NCBI GenBank assembly: GCA_048128005.1
Contig: JBEUKZ010000019.1
Coordinates: forward strand, 1-64,000
Reading direction: 5' to 3'
DNA: 64,000 nt
Origin: Veleropilina oligotropha
Lineage: Eukaryota
Positions 29,934 through 42,600 of the stretch are shown in pieces; position 1 is the stretch's first letter, and each line of letters begins with the position of its first letter. Position numbers and translations under genes: made by a program. The notes under the pieces are model-generated. The model was given only the letters and a program-made list of their open reading frames with translations. It was not told the DNA's origin and did not search any database.

Positions 29934-31619
29934 CCTTTAAGTTCAAGGCAGGACATGTCCATATCATCGCTGAAGGAAATGCCGGTCGCTCGGACAACTA
30001 CTCTTGATAAAAGAATGTTATATCCCAATTGAAATTCGAACCTCTTCTGTTAGCTAACGCAATCGAGACAATGATTCCAGAGTCGAGACCACACGAATGC
30101 CGGGGCGACCATTTGTATTTAAAGAATACATATTATCAGATTGCACTTATAGAGTACTGTTCAAATCAATTACATGCTACAAGTTTCATATCTGGTTCTT
30201 TTTTCTGAATATTGGTAATTGTCTCTCCAATGGGTTTGGTGATAATAAACAGCTATCGTTTTCATTATTTTGTCATCTCAATTGCATATACCACAGGTTG
30301 TAATGTTGATGATGAATTGATGTTTAACGACCACGCCAACAGTATTTCATTTATAAATCGGGTCAATCAACTTTGAATGATGAGGTGAGTTGGTGATGTG
30401 TGCAATGGAGGTAGCGATCATAGGAAAAATCCCCGTCACTCCCGGGGATTGAATCACAGGTAAATTTAATCGTCATCATTTTGTAGTATTGCATGACCCA
30501 GATATGATAAAATTACAGGTAAAATTATATTACAGGTAAGTTAATCTTGTTAATCTTCCGTGGGAATATCGATGTTTGTTAACTATTATCATGTAGACCA
30601 AAGTGCGTCATAACAAACCATAAAATCACAGCCACCGATGAATATCATTTAAGTTTTAGGTAAACCAGATGCGATTAAGCTATCTAATAATCGCGCTGTT
30701 CATATTATGAAACGCGTAAGTATATTGTGCAGAACCGAAGAGTAGTCACTGAAAGTCACCATCCCTCGCTATTGTTGAAATAGTAGCACTAATATTTGTC
30801 ATTTTATATCTTTACAATATATTAGATAATATCTTCGAACTACTGATGCGATAACTAGAGAAATCATGGGAGGTGTACACACAATTTTAAATGTTCGAAT
30901 AATGTTGTGCTACTGAAAGGAAATCGTATACACATTAGAAAATCTTGATGCGTCATCGCTGACGTAAACTGTTTCAGCGATAGGCCCAATACGTTAAAAG
31001 AGTCGCCAGTAGCGTCATTTGTGGACATTATCATTCTCTCTTTATTTAGAGAATTATACGCAAACAATGTCATCCATACTTACTCGTGTAGGCCTTATAT
31101 GTTTATTCATATCCATATAGGTAACTGTGATGACAGGGGAGCGCCATGTTGCGTAGATTACGCCGATCATGCTCTGGTAATCACAGAGCACGCAGCTTTA
31201 ATCCAGGTAAGACTTTCCCGGACATATATCATGTTATTTTCGCAAAGACATTTCGGTATAAGTTGCTACATATATTATGGTAGTGTGTGCTGCATATCCC
31301 ATTGTTAACATCAGAGTCATGCCAGGACATGCCAACATTATCGCAGGAGAAAATCCGTCGTCTGGCAAAACCAGTCCTCGCTGGCCAGTTACGGATAACT
31401 GTGACTGTCAAATAAACAAAGAACCCATCCGAGGAATCGAATCCGCCCATGCGCCAAACTCTTGTCCATTACAAGTTTATGATAGTTTATCTTAGATGAG
31501 TGAAATTAAGTAATTGTAGAGTACCTTTGCCTGATTCAGTACACGTATTTTTCATTGGCTATACAGCTTCATAATTAAGGTCAATTGTACAACATAAACA
31601 AGAAGTCTGTTTTTCTAAG

Positions 31620-32040
31620 TAGGAGTAAGTGGTGGAGAGTTACAATGAAAGATACGAACGTTCTCTCCTCTTTTCACGATGGTTGCCTCACACGCATCTG
31701 TCGCGTTTTTTGGCCTAACACGATCTTCAACGCAGATCTGGTGACAAAGACAGGCTCGTGCTGTACTGTAATGGGGACCCAATGGCGGCGCTTGAGATGG
31801 TTAGGGCATGAACTAGGCCGGACTTCAGCATTGCCACGATTGTGGACACCACAGGGGAATCGCAATCGAGGTAGGTCAAAGACCACTTGTCGAAGGACCT
31901 CTCAGGCGGAATGAAAGCAGATGTATGGGACTGACTTGGGGCACAGCAGAGAAGTTGGCCAAAAATCGTCCAGCATGGCGATATTCTATTGTTGTCTTAT
32001 GCGCCACCAGAAACGAAGAAGATATATGTGAGTAAGTAAG
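31620..32040 (+). mobile_element. Degenerate 3' fragment of an RTE-clade LINE
   Basis: CLTRICRVFWPNTI, RRLRWLGH, WTPQGNRNRGRSKTT and W..AEKLAKNRPAWR motifs, then a GTAAGTAAG tail. Confidence 0.7.
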
Positions 32041-33327
32041 TTATAATTTGGAAATAACATTAATTTGTGTAGAGCTCGTGTTCGGCAATGATCACCAAGT
32101 TTCTATGGTTCTTTTTAACGCATGGCAATATGCCTCTTTGACCACTTATATTCCATTCCAGTGCCCTGCCCAATGCTTTGTTTGCTCGGTCCGTCTGTCT
32201 GTTCATTGATCCGTCATCGACTCTAGTGTATGAGAAGTTCCTGATTAAGATTTCCGGTTTAATAAAACACCAGAAGGTCACCGTGCATGCTTCTGTTGAT
32301 AAGAGCAAGATGCTATTTGCCTTGTATGGACACTTCGTGCGCGGAACCGACGGTACCGTAAACTTGGCCAGAGATGAGTCATTGAATGAAACATGCATCG
32401 GTACGGATTTACGTGAAAATTCATATCTAGTCACATTGCTCATAAATGCCGTTTGCACTGTCGTACTTTTGCATCTTGGCATCTACCCATATTTCGATTT
32501 TCGTAATATTGTGAACTTCATCCCTTGCAGGTTGTTGCAAACTTCTAAAATACGGAAAATGCGAATGAATGAATTACGATAGAGCACCATGTATCGGTGA
32601 ATGCTAGCACCATGTATCGGTGAAAGCTGCTTTCGTTATAGCCTTTTACAAGTTGTAACGTCTTTAATTCTACTATAATGATATACCTATGAAGGAATCC
32701 TGCTCAAAAGAGTCTATTGTCTAGCTGTTATGTATCCAGTTTTCTTCCAGGATTACACCAGAGGGGGTTAATTTGGAGTCTCGTTCAAGAGCCTGGACAG
32801 GAGTACCACCTCAGATTATCCAAAAAGGATGTCACAACAGCTCAGGGTTGCATCGCTGACAACCTATATATTTAAAAAAAATAACATTGACGTTATCATA
32901 TCGTGTCATGCATGCCTTCCAATGCTGATCATAGTAACTGGTTTCCATAGAAATACTAAAACTTGATAGCGTGGCATCATCCCGTGTGGACGGTATGTGA
33001 TTATCGTGCCGTCGTGATATAATAGTAGAGCGAAATACTTTCAATTTGTCCTTCCTTTGAAGCTTTATATTAGAGACTCGATTTAATTCCTTGGAATATT
33101 GTATGACATATTGCTTGACAAATCAAATCGCTCCCTTGATAACATCTTACTCTAAGGTTATTCTAAATTACACAAACAACGTGACAAGAATTAACCAGTC
33201 TTACGAGTTTCTTCGTGTGCTAGGTCTTGACAATCCGTGTACGCAGCGGCCATTTTGGCTGGGAGGATATACCGAGCCAATCGTTATTCCAAAGGGTTAG
33301 TAATTTAATAGTTGATTACGATTTACT

Positions 33328-34133
33328 AACTAGAGCTATCACAGGAGTGATCACATGTCCCCATGAATGCATTTGACCCAGGAACAGGCTGTAGCGTACA
33401 CACATGAAGTTTCATGTCTCTCAATCAAATAGTAAGGGAGATATGGAGCGGAAGGGAGTTTTAGACTGAATGCGGTCAAGTGTGAAAAGTAGGTCGTGAT
33501 GACCTACTTTCGGTACGCGAAATACCTTTCAGTTATGACGCATACACATTTGAAGTTTCATGTCCTTCGATCAAATAGTATTGGAGATATGGAGCGGAAG
33601 GAATTTTGGACTAAATGTGGTCAAGCGTGAAAAGTAGGTCGCAGTGACCTATTTTCAGTACGCGACACACCTTTGGGTGATGACGCATGCACACATCAAG
33701 TATCGTGTCCCTCGGTCAAATAGTATGGGAGATATGGAGCGGAAGCGAATTTTGGGCGAAATGCGGTAATGTCCGAAAAGTAGGTCGCAGTGACCTACTT
33801 TCAGTACGCGACACACCTTTGGGTTATGACGCATGCAAACGTCAAGTTTCGTGTCCCTCGGTCAAATAGTATGGGAGATATGGAGCGGAAGCGAATTTTG
33901 GATTAAGTGCAGTCAAGCATGAAAAGTAGGTCGTGGTGACCTACTTTCGGTACGCGACACACCTTTAGGTTATGACGCTTGCACACATCAAGTTTCGTGT
34001 CCCTCGGTCAAAGAGTGTCCGAGATATGGAGCGGAAGGGAATTTGCAACAGACCGGCCGACAGATCGCCTGACAGACAGACAGACAAGCTGACTCCTATA
34101 TGCCACCCCTAAACTTCGTTTGTGGGGGCATAA
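33328..34133 (-). mobile_element. HINE-like non-autonomous Helentron with ~5 x 146-bp tandem units
   Basis: GAGATATGGAGCGGAAG recurs at ~33437, 33584, 33728, 33874 and 34020; (GACA)n microsatellite; terminal hairpin CCCC.AAACTTCGTTTGTGGGG. Confidence 0.65.
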
Positions 34134-34249
34134 CAATATAGCAAAATTTAAATATTTATCCTCGTTAAAAATAACATTATATAATGACATATGCTTGAAA
34201 ATCTAACAAAATATCAAAATTGCAGGCGACTGATTTATTCAGAATTTTG

Positions 34250-36425
34250 TTATTATACCCTCGCCTCCGGAGGAGAGGCGAGGGTATTGCAGTCGGTTCC
34301 GTATATATGTATGTATGTATGTATGTATGTCCGTATGTGTGTATGTATGTTCATTCGCATAGCTCGAAAATTATTGATCCGATTTACTTGAAATGTTTAC
34401 ACAAGGTAGGCTTTCTCCCTGGCTCAGTCCTCCTCGAAGATGGTCCGGATTTTATGACGCAATATCCGGTTTACACGTTTTCGGCGGTAACGTTAAAACG
34501 CTTCACCGTACAAACTTCAAAATACGCTCAAGATGTTATTTAGATGAGGAACCAATGACAACATGAATTATATAGAATCTATCTCACACAAGATGGCCGC
34601 CAGGGGGATTTAAAATTTAAAAAACAGGGGGTCAATGTCTAATTTCGCCAAATCGAGTTAAATTATGTAAATTCGTTATGCAAATCATAGTCATGATAAA
34701 ATGATATTGATATCAGCAAAAATATTTAGAACAAAATGTGAAATGTGAACTTTATAAGCATTTTAGAAATCAACCAACGCAAATTGCAAAAAATGCCGTA
34801 AATATGTAACCACTGAAAACAGACACCTCAAATTTTACCATGTGACAGAGTGGAACATTATCTACAACTCTTATCGATATACTTTGTAGCGAATTTGTAG
34901 CAATAATTTTTGTTCCGAAGTCAAAATCGTCGAGATTTTGCGATATTTGTAATAACTCTTTAAATACTGCTAATTAACGCCGTGATATAATTTACACCAT
35001 TAAACAAGGTTACCGTAATCTATCTTTCTTGAAAATTTCAGTTATATCGCTTTAGTAACTATTGAGTTATTGCGAGTTAAATATTGTCAACTTCGGCAAA
35101 ATTTCGAAATACAAAATTCTAATGTTAGGTTTACATTATGTTCCCGGCGGCCACGGCAGCCCCGTTTGCCCGAAACGTAGTGCGCCGTGGGATTATGGCC
35201 AGTTTTTCTCTGTATTCACGGTCTGTCGTGACGGGCCGTGGGGGGGGGGGGGGAGGGGCTGCTGAGTCCCGGAGGCTCCAATACGCACTACGGTTCGGCC
35301 CGCGGTCTACCACGGATGCCAGTACGTTCCCCCCAGGCCCGTCACGTTCTGATGGGGCCCCTCACGTTTCTGATGAAGGTCTGACACGTTTTTCACGTTC
35401 TGTCAATGCTTTCTACGGAAGAAACGTGGACGCCGGGCAGCTTTGGAGCACGTTTGTGCCCAAGAAGGCCTCCCAAGCAAAAGCAATCATTGTATCCTGA
35501 GACTTCGACGAGATAATAACATCATGAATGCCCAAGATGAAGAAGATTTTGTGTTTACATGTTTGCTGGGTGCATACATCCAGTCTTTGCATCAGCAGCT
35601 TGCAGTCGGGCAGTGAAGCTCACCACGGTCCTTCTGGGCGTGCATGCAAATATATGTTTTCAGTACATTACACACACACATATATACTATAAAAAATAAG
35701 TTTAGCAACACTTTTTGTGTCGTGATAAACTATTGTGTGTACATGTAAATTTAATATAGTATGAGCCCAACGATTGGAATTTCGTGCAGGTATTAAAGTT
35801 AGCATGCCCATACGTTTCAGATAAACGCACACTTTTAAGCTCCACATGCTTCCCGTCCCATTACGGACCGCCTCCAAGTTTTGTTAATGCCTATTACGTA
35901 CTGTCACGTTTTGTTGCGTTCACCCCGTTTTCGCCTACTACGTTTCTCATCCGCACCGTGACTGCCGTGGCAAAATTTTTGACTGTTAAAAAATCTGGCC
36001 CGACATCCACGGCCTGTCACGTTTTCCCATCCAGTCCCCGCGCGTTGTCTCACGTCCATCCCGTTTTGTCCACGGTGGCCTGAAACGTGATTGCCGTGGC
36101 CGCCGGGAACATAATGTAAACCTAGCATAACACCTAACATAAATAGACAAAATTAGCAGTAGTAATTAAACTGTCTGGACAACGCAAACGGTTAAGGTGT
36201 TTGCGATAGATCTAGAGGTCAGGGGTTCGACTCCCTTTACGTACAAAATATGTTTTTATTTTTATTTAAATTTTGTTATTCCTTATTTCTTTTATAATTT
36301 GTGATTACATTTTATGATTGTAATTCATGTTTAGAAATATTGATCGTAGACATTTCTGACTTTCACCATCGTCTTCCTTGGCCCCGTGGCGAGGGTTTGC
36401 AATCTCCTCTGATTGCTCTTGTTCC
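34250..36425 (+). mobile_element. HINE/DINE-1-like element interrupted by a Harbinger-type MITE
   Basis: 5' TTATACCCTCGCC...GGCGAGGGTAT hairpin and (GTAT)n; matching 3' GGCGAGGGTTTGCAATC...CTCTTGTT. Confidence 0.55.
35123..36127. mobile_element. Non-autonomous PIF/Harbinger-type element (1 kb)
   Basis: ~36-bp TIRs TG(T/C)TAGGTTTACATTATGTTCCCGGCGGCCACGGCA with a TAA TSD on both sides. Confidence 0.8.
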
Positions 36426-36527
36426 ATATGTGATGCATTGCCTCTTTGTCGCCTTTAACACAAAGTGGGCCAGTGCGTTGCTCCCAGTTCATTTATACTG
36501 AATGCACTGAATCTTCAAATGGGGATT

Positions 36528-36696
36528 CGAGACTGGCCGAAGTCAGTACGTAGCCATAATCACAATAACTCCATCACCGGCCCGGAAGCATGGGTTTCAC
36601 CGGATATTTCCGAGACTGGCCGAAGTCAGTACGTAGCGATAATCACAGTAACTCCATCACCGGCCCGGAAGCATGGGTTTCACCGGATATTTCCGA
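36528..36696. repeat. Tandem duplication of ~83 bp
   Basis: CGAGACTGGCCGAAGTCAGTACGTAGC...CACCGGATATTTC occurs twice. Confidence 0.9.
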
Positions 36697-38905
36697 ACTT
36701 CTTCCCGACATTCCCCTGCATGGAAATCCGAAAGCAATATATGCCTATTTTATTAAAATTACAGGAACAAGACGTCCTAGGCGATAAAATTATGCAGTTA
36801 TAGCTTGTTGACCCTGGAAACTACTTTGACGGTATCTAAACTTCTTCTATTGTTGCAGGTTCCGGGCCCTATATCCTGCAGTTCTCGACATATTAGGAGG
36901 CGCATGCGGACTCATCGAGTTCCGAGGATCCCTGTTATTCATTGTATTCTTCCTCCTGTATTTCTTATTCGATGATCTGTCCAGTCATATGACGATTTCG
37001 ACTTGTCTTATATGGAGGTAACTTTTGCAATTTGGACATACATTGCAGGAACCTCAAATATGTCAGATTTGTTAGTTGCCAACATAGATTTTACGGTCAC
37101 ATTTGACAATTTTTCACCCGCATCGTACTCGGGGCATCCAGTATTTATAAGATATCACTCCGATCTGACCGACATACATTCGAGATATGCCTTCTATTAT
37201 TTTAAGCGGTAGAACGACCGCCGCTGGCCGGAACCCGGGACCAACCAACAGCTTCGGTTGAGAGTCTGACGCGCCAGCCACTTACCCACCGATTATTTGT
37301 TTGTAAGAGATTTAAATAGATGTACAAGGACACTGGTATGGACGTTACCTGAAAATTAATGTATGACCTGTTATACGTTTATAAATGTCCGTTGATCCGG
37401 GCTCCAACTTTCCATAATAGACGAAACATCATTCTTACAGTCGCTAAATAGTAATTCTTCAAATAACATCCAAACACAAATCTTATATATTTCGTCGTTC
37501 CATTGCTTGAGTATTTAATACGTGTCTTGTAGGATGCAATGCAATATCTTCTGGATAATCCTCTCGTGCCACCCTCTGCGGAGATCGTCTTGCTTGGCCT
37601 ATCTAAGGGCGGGGAAATGGCGTATTTAATGGCGGAAAGCTGTCCACAGGTATATCGTATTATCGTTATTCTAGAACGTGAAAGCCTCACTTACATGTTT
37701 ATCTAAGGTCATAAGGCGCTAATTTATTAATTTATATTATATTTAAACATTACAATTGACTTTAAATATGCGTAACACTTTGAACATAAACCAATAGATC
37801 TGTATTATGGGTCCATGGTAACAATTTTCAAATGGCATCTTTTATATCGTTGGTGAGACAAAATAATGGCAACCAAAATCGGTTAAATATTAAAATACAT
37901 AAAACTACATTCATGATTAATTCCTTGTGAAGGCGGCGTTGTTTGAAATCATTCGGACTAAAAACCTTTCTGTAGGAGTGTCTTCCCTTTTAGTTTGGAT
38001 ACGTTATTTGCTATTATTACCATTCATATGATTATTTGCAAAAAATGGTAGTTTGCTATGCAATTGTTTTAATACTGTGAAACAATCTCATGAATCCCCA
38101 TGGCCAGTGTTCTCTTTGAACACGATGTGAATGCACAATATGAATGCTATCTTGCATTATTGGCATTATAGTCCATGAGCTAATCCTCAAAATTTGGAAC
38201 TCGAGTATCAAAAGGGTGACTAATTCCCACTATGATTTTCAGTTACGCCAATGTCTGAAGTGTCAGAAAATATGTGATGGACTTTTCATAGCCATAGCTT
38301 AACGTCATTTTTGCGGCCATCTTTAAAGATGGCCGCCATAATTTATCATACTAGGGGTAGCACAGGTAAATATCAATATCTCTAAAACTATATCATGTAG
38401 GATGATGAAACTCTGAAATATAATACATATATAATGTGTGCAACATGTAGGAAAATGTGGTAGACATTAGTCAAGGTCAAAGTCATTAAAAGTGACCTTG
38501 AACGACAAATATTTTCGAAAAATCATGACTTCGCCAAGTTTTTTCGTGTTTTTTACCATAATAATATTTAAAAAGTCATATTATTTTATATTTCCTGATT
38601 ATATATATCAAGGCCAAAAAGGATATCTGCATAAATCACATACTAGGCACAATTTTCTTTATTGAAAATCATATTTAGATAACATGAGTGAGAAAACCCC
38701 AAAAATGTGATTTCGCATATGTATAGGCCTAATATACCAAGATGATCATCGACTCTGTAAAAAAATCTATATGGGCCGTGTTGCCTCGGGACAAATATGG
38801 TACATAGGCCGAGATGTCTCGGGTCAAATATCATACATGGGCCGAGTTGTCTCGATCTAAATTCCGCGATGGGCGAGTTCGTTATGGGCCGAGTTTGTAA
38901 TGGGC

Positions 38906-39195
38906 AGCAGCAGGGGGGGTGACCATACCTTTTATGTGGGGGCGCGGCGAGGGAAATTAAGGCTCCCAGCACCTTTTCAGAATTAATATGGATCTCAACT
39001 CAGCAGCAGGGGGGGTGAATGCACTTTTTAGAATGGGAAAATAAGGCTCCCAGCACCCATTCAGAACTGAGCTGGTATTACTGAGGGGGACTAGGGGGTG
39101 TAGACTAGGGGCGGGGCGGCCGCCGTGGAGGCTCTCAGCACCTGTTCAGAACTCAGGGTATAACGTGTATTACAAAAAGTCACTGTGTGTACAGC
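38906..39195 (+). repeat. Left terminal inverted repeat
   Basis: 38906-39088 is identical to the reverse complement of 55023-55205 (183 bp); patchy similarity continues to ~290 bp. Confidence 0.95.
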
Positions 39196-39286
39196 GACAT
39201 AGAGCCCCCAGGGACGGCCCACTACCCTCGCCGGCCCGGGCTCTTGTGTGTTAGTGTCATAACCTATTTAGAGACTGGTATATACG

Positions 39287-39586
39287 ATGGTATACGCGAT
39301 AACTATGTGGGGAAAGAATGTATGCCCTTGGTTGACAGTTAATGCCGCTGGAGTTTGTGGTCGTAGCTGCGTCAACGAATTTTGCAATGCCCATCGACGG
39401 CAAATTCGGATGGGTATAACACCATCCCCGCCATGTAAGAGATGTGGCAAGGGCACGAAATCGGCCGTTCGGGTGTGTAGACCATGTGGAGGTCGTCGTG
39501 CCGCCCAGGCTCTCATAAACACTAAAAACCGAGCTCGCCGTCTCTACGGCGCAGTATTGCGCGAGTTGCTGTCGCGCACGACATAA
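39287..39586 (+). CDS. Small Cys/His-rich basic protein (putative zinc finger), viral
   Basis: C-x9-C-x3-C-x4-C-x2-H and CxxC...CxxC spacing; first gene inside the TIR. Confidence 0.65.
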   Translation: MVYAITMWGKNVCPWLTVNAAGVCGRSCVNEFCNAHRRQIRMGITPSPPCKRCGKGTKSAVRVCRPCGGRRAAQALINTKNRARRLYGAVLRELLSRTT

Positions 39587-39627
39587 AAAGTTCCAATTAG
39601 AGACTTGTGTTGTAGGGTCATATCGCG

Positions 39628-42600
39628 ATGGAACGTGTCTCCCTCAGAGAACTGCGGAGTTTAGCGAAAGATTATGGGATTCCCGCTCGGTCGAAGCTCA
39701 AGAAGCACGACCTCATCCGGGCAATAGCCGGGGTCCGTGCTGCGGAGTTTCGGAGGAGACTCGAGCGGGCGATGAAGACTGGAAGGTTCCCCTCCATACG
39801 TGGAGATGTGGAGAACCCCCACAAAAGAGGCCGACGTGCTCGCGAGTTGCGGCAGATTAAGGACGAGGTCGACGCCGCCCTCAAGGTCCGTAAATACGAA
39901 TCCCAGGCTGAGAAAAATCCCACGATTCGACTGAAGCCACTTCGCGCCATCACGGATCGAATCGTCAAGCGGTCTCGGAAAGAGACCCTTGCCCATGCTA
40001 TTGCTCGGAAGGGGCCCGATCTTCTCATCTCCAAAACGCCCCGGACAGCCCAGGACTACCAGAAGGATCTTCTAGGGCAATTTACCACACCCGAGGGACA
40101 ACGATTCATCGACCTGGATGACCAGGTCCCTCCCCCAGTAAGGCTCCCAGCAAAAGAGCCATGGGTGGAACTCTTGAGCGACGCCAAAGACGAGTTTGAG
40201 GTCGATGGCGCCGCGGCGGCTTTCTCCACATGGAGGGTAGAAGTGGACATTAAGATCGCACCGGCCCTGGATGCCCGTATGACAGATGCAAGGGCGGCAC
40301 AGCTCCTCACAGCCCTTCCAAAGGGCGAGTATGTCCTTAGAATAAAGTTCTTGCGTGAGTGGAGTGAGGGCGACTGGGTGGTCGAAGACAAGTTTGACCC
40401 GGTGAAAGCTGCGAGAAAGAAGGGCCAGGGTGTCTTTGAGATCTCTCAGGACACTAAGCCGGGTGCTATCACCGGGGTCGACAAGGTCTACTACGAGAAT
40501 GCCTACCCGGTCACTGCAGTCGTCTACGGCGTCTATCCTCTCAGAGAACGAAACCCCGCCAACCTGGTTCCGATGAAGAACGGCGACCTCAACTGCGTTG
40601 CCCAACGAGTGGTTGAGCACTTCGAAGGTGCCCTTAGAGGACACGGACTCACCCCGACAAGGCGGCAGAAAATACTGGAGTGGGAAGAGCGAGTCCATGT
40701 AACAGGCGCCACTGTGGATGATATATCCATCCTCGAGAAGATACTGAAGCGGGCGATTGTCTTGAGAGACATCGCCGGCGAGGACGTCTTCAACAGCGGA
40801 AAATACCAGGCCAGTATGTGGAAGTCCATAGAACTCATCTGTCACAACGGCCACGCATGGTCGAAGGACCTGCACTTTCCGCAAAGTAGAGAGGTCCACC
40901 TGTATGAGGGCGATGTCTGGGAAGCTATTCGACAAGCCACACAGAACGAGCCATTGGCTGTCTGGCTCCTAGGCGGTACAGACCGACAGCTCAACGTGAA
41001 CCAGTTCGTGCTTCAGGACGGCCGCACGTACAGGACAAAAGATGATCACGAGAGACTCCAAGAAGCCTGTACAGCGCTGGGGAATGAGTCCCTAGCCGAT
41101 CGAGCCTTTGGCGTGAACCATGCAGCTAGCATTATGGCCAAAGAGACCAACGGCTGGAAACCGACCCCAGCGGGCCTGCTCGATGACATCCAGAAGGCCT
41201 GTGTAGAGCATGGCCACGGCGGCCTGTGGAATTCCATGAATTACGACACGGGCGATGTCTGCTGCATCGATATGAAATCCTGCTACCCTGCAAGCTTTCT
41301 GGGGAAGGGCGAGGCTAAGCCCTATTTCGAAAGATTCGGACACCCAACCCACAGCATGACCCGGGTCGCAATTAACGGTCCTCTACCCCAAGACATCGGT
41401 ACCGGGTTTGCTGAGGTCGTGGAATGGGAGTTCGCACAAGACATCCACCCCGTCATTGTAGCATGGTTTGGGAAACACTTTGCAGATAATGGTTGGGCAC
41501 CAACCCCGCTGCTCGCATTCCTCGTAGAATCTGGACTCCTAAAAAGCCTCAAGATCCGAGAATCCATTATCGCGTTCAAAAACCAGACCGATGTCTGGCT
41601 TCCTCTGGATCGTGACCAGGGCTGCAGTATTATTGGCAAATTCACCCAAGGCGCCAAAGCTGATGGCAAAAGATTGACTCGTAGACTGGTGACCGACCAG
41701 GGGGAGCTCGACTTCCTCGTAAGAGACACCCGCCAAAGCGGCACCCTGGTTGGCGCTCCTCAGAGATGCCCCCTCGGTCACATCCTCACGTACTATGATG
41801 GCTCCCAGCCTCAGTACGCCCACCTGAGGGCAACGATGTTGGCCTATGCCCACATAAACCTCTTGAGCATGCTGAAGCGTTTCAGTGCAGCAGAAGCCAT
41901 CCGGGTAGCCACTGACAGCATCTACCTCAAGAAGGCCTCGTTGGAGAAGCTCGACGATGTCACGGTGTACGTTGCCCCCCAACTCTGCGACTGTCGCAGC
42001 CAATCGTGCATCTCATGTCTGATCGCGGAGCCGTACCTTCCGCCAGTAGCACTAGCCCAGTGGCGTGACAAGGGCGAACAGTTGTATATGCCACAGGAAC
42101 ATGCCGCATACATGCCCAAGCCGGAGTACACGCAGTCCGAGAAGGACCTCCCGCCAAGCACCGCGCCATGCTACAATGACACGCTGACCCACCATCGCCT
42201 GAGTTACCTCAACGGTGGAGGGGCCTGTGGCAAGACTACGAGAGCGATCGAGCTCTTCCGGGCAAGGAATCCCATTGTATTCACGCCAACCCACCGCCTC
42301 GCTAAAGAAATGCGAACCAGAGGCGTCAAAGCCCAGACCTACCACAGCTTCTTCCGATGGAGCGGCCAGAACGACTGGACACCTGATCGCATGGGTCAGA
42401 AGTTCATCCCGCGCGTCATTATCTGGGACGAGGTCTGTACTGTTCCCCGGCACATCCTCGAGATGTTCTTGGACTGGCTGGGCCAGCACGAAGTGCAGGT
42501 TATCTGCTGTGGCGATCAAGGCCAGCCACCACCGATTACGGGCGAGATGCCGCACGATTGGCTGCGAAAGACCGCGGACTACTATGAGGAGATCGAAGTA

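Noticed and set aside
38643..38972. Paired ORFs starting MLGALISLAAPP (also 55139-55357)
   Set aside because: They are the two TIRs read outward into flanking DNA.
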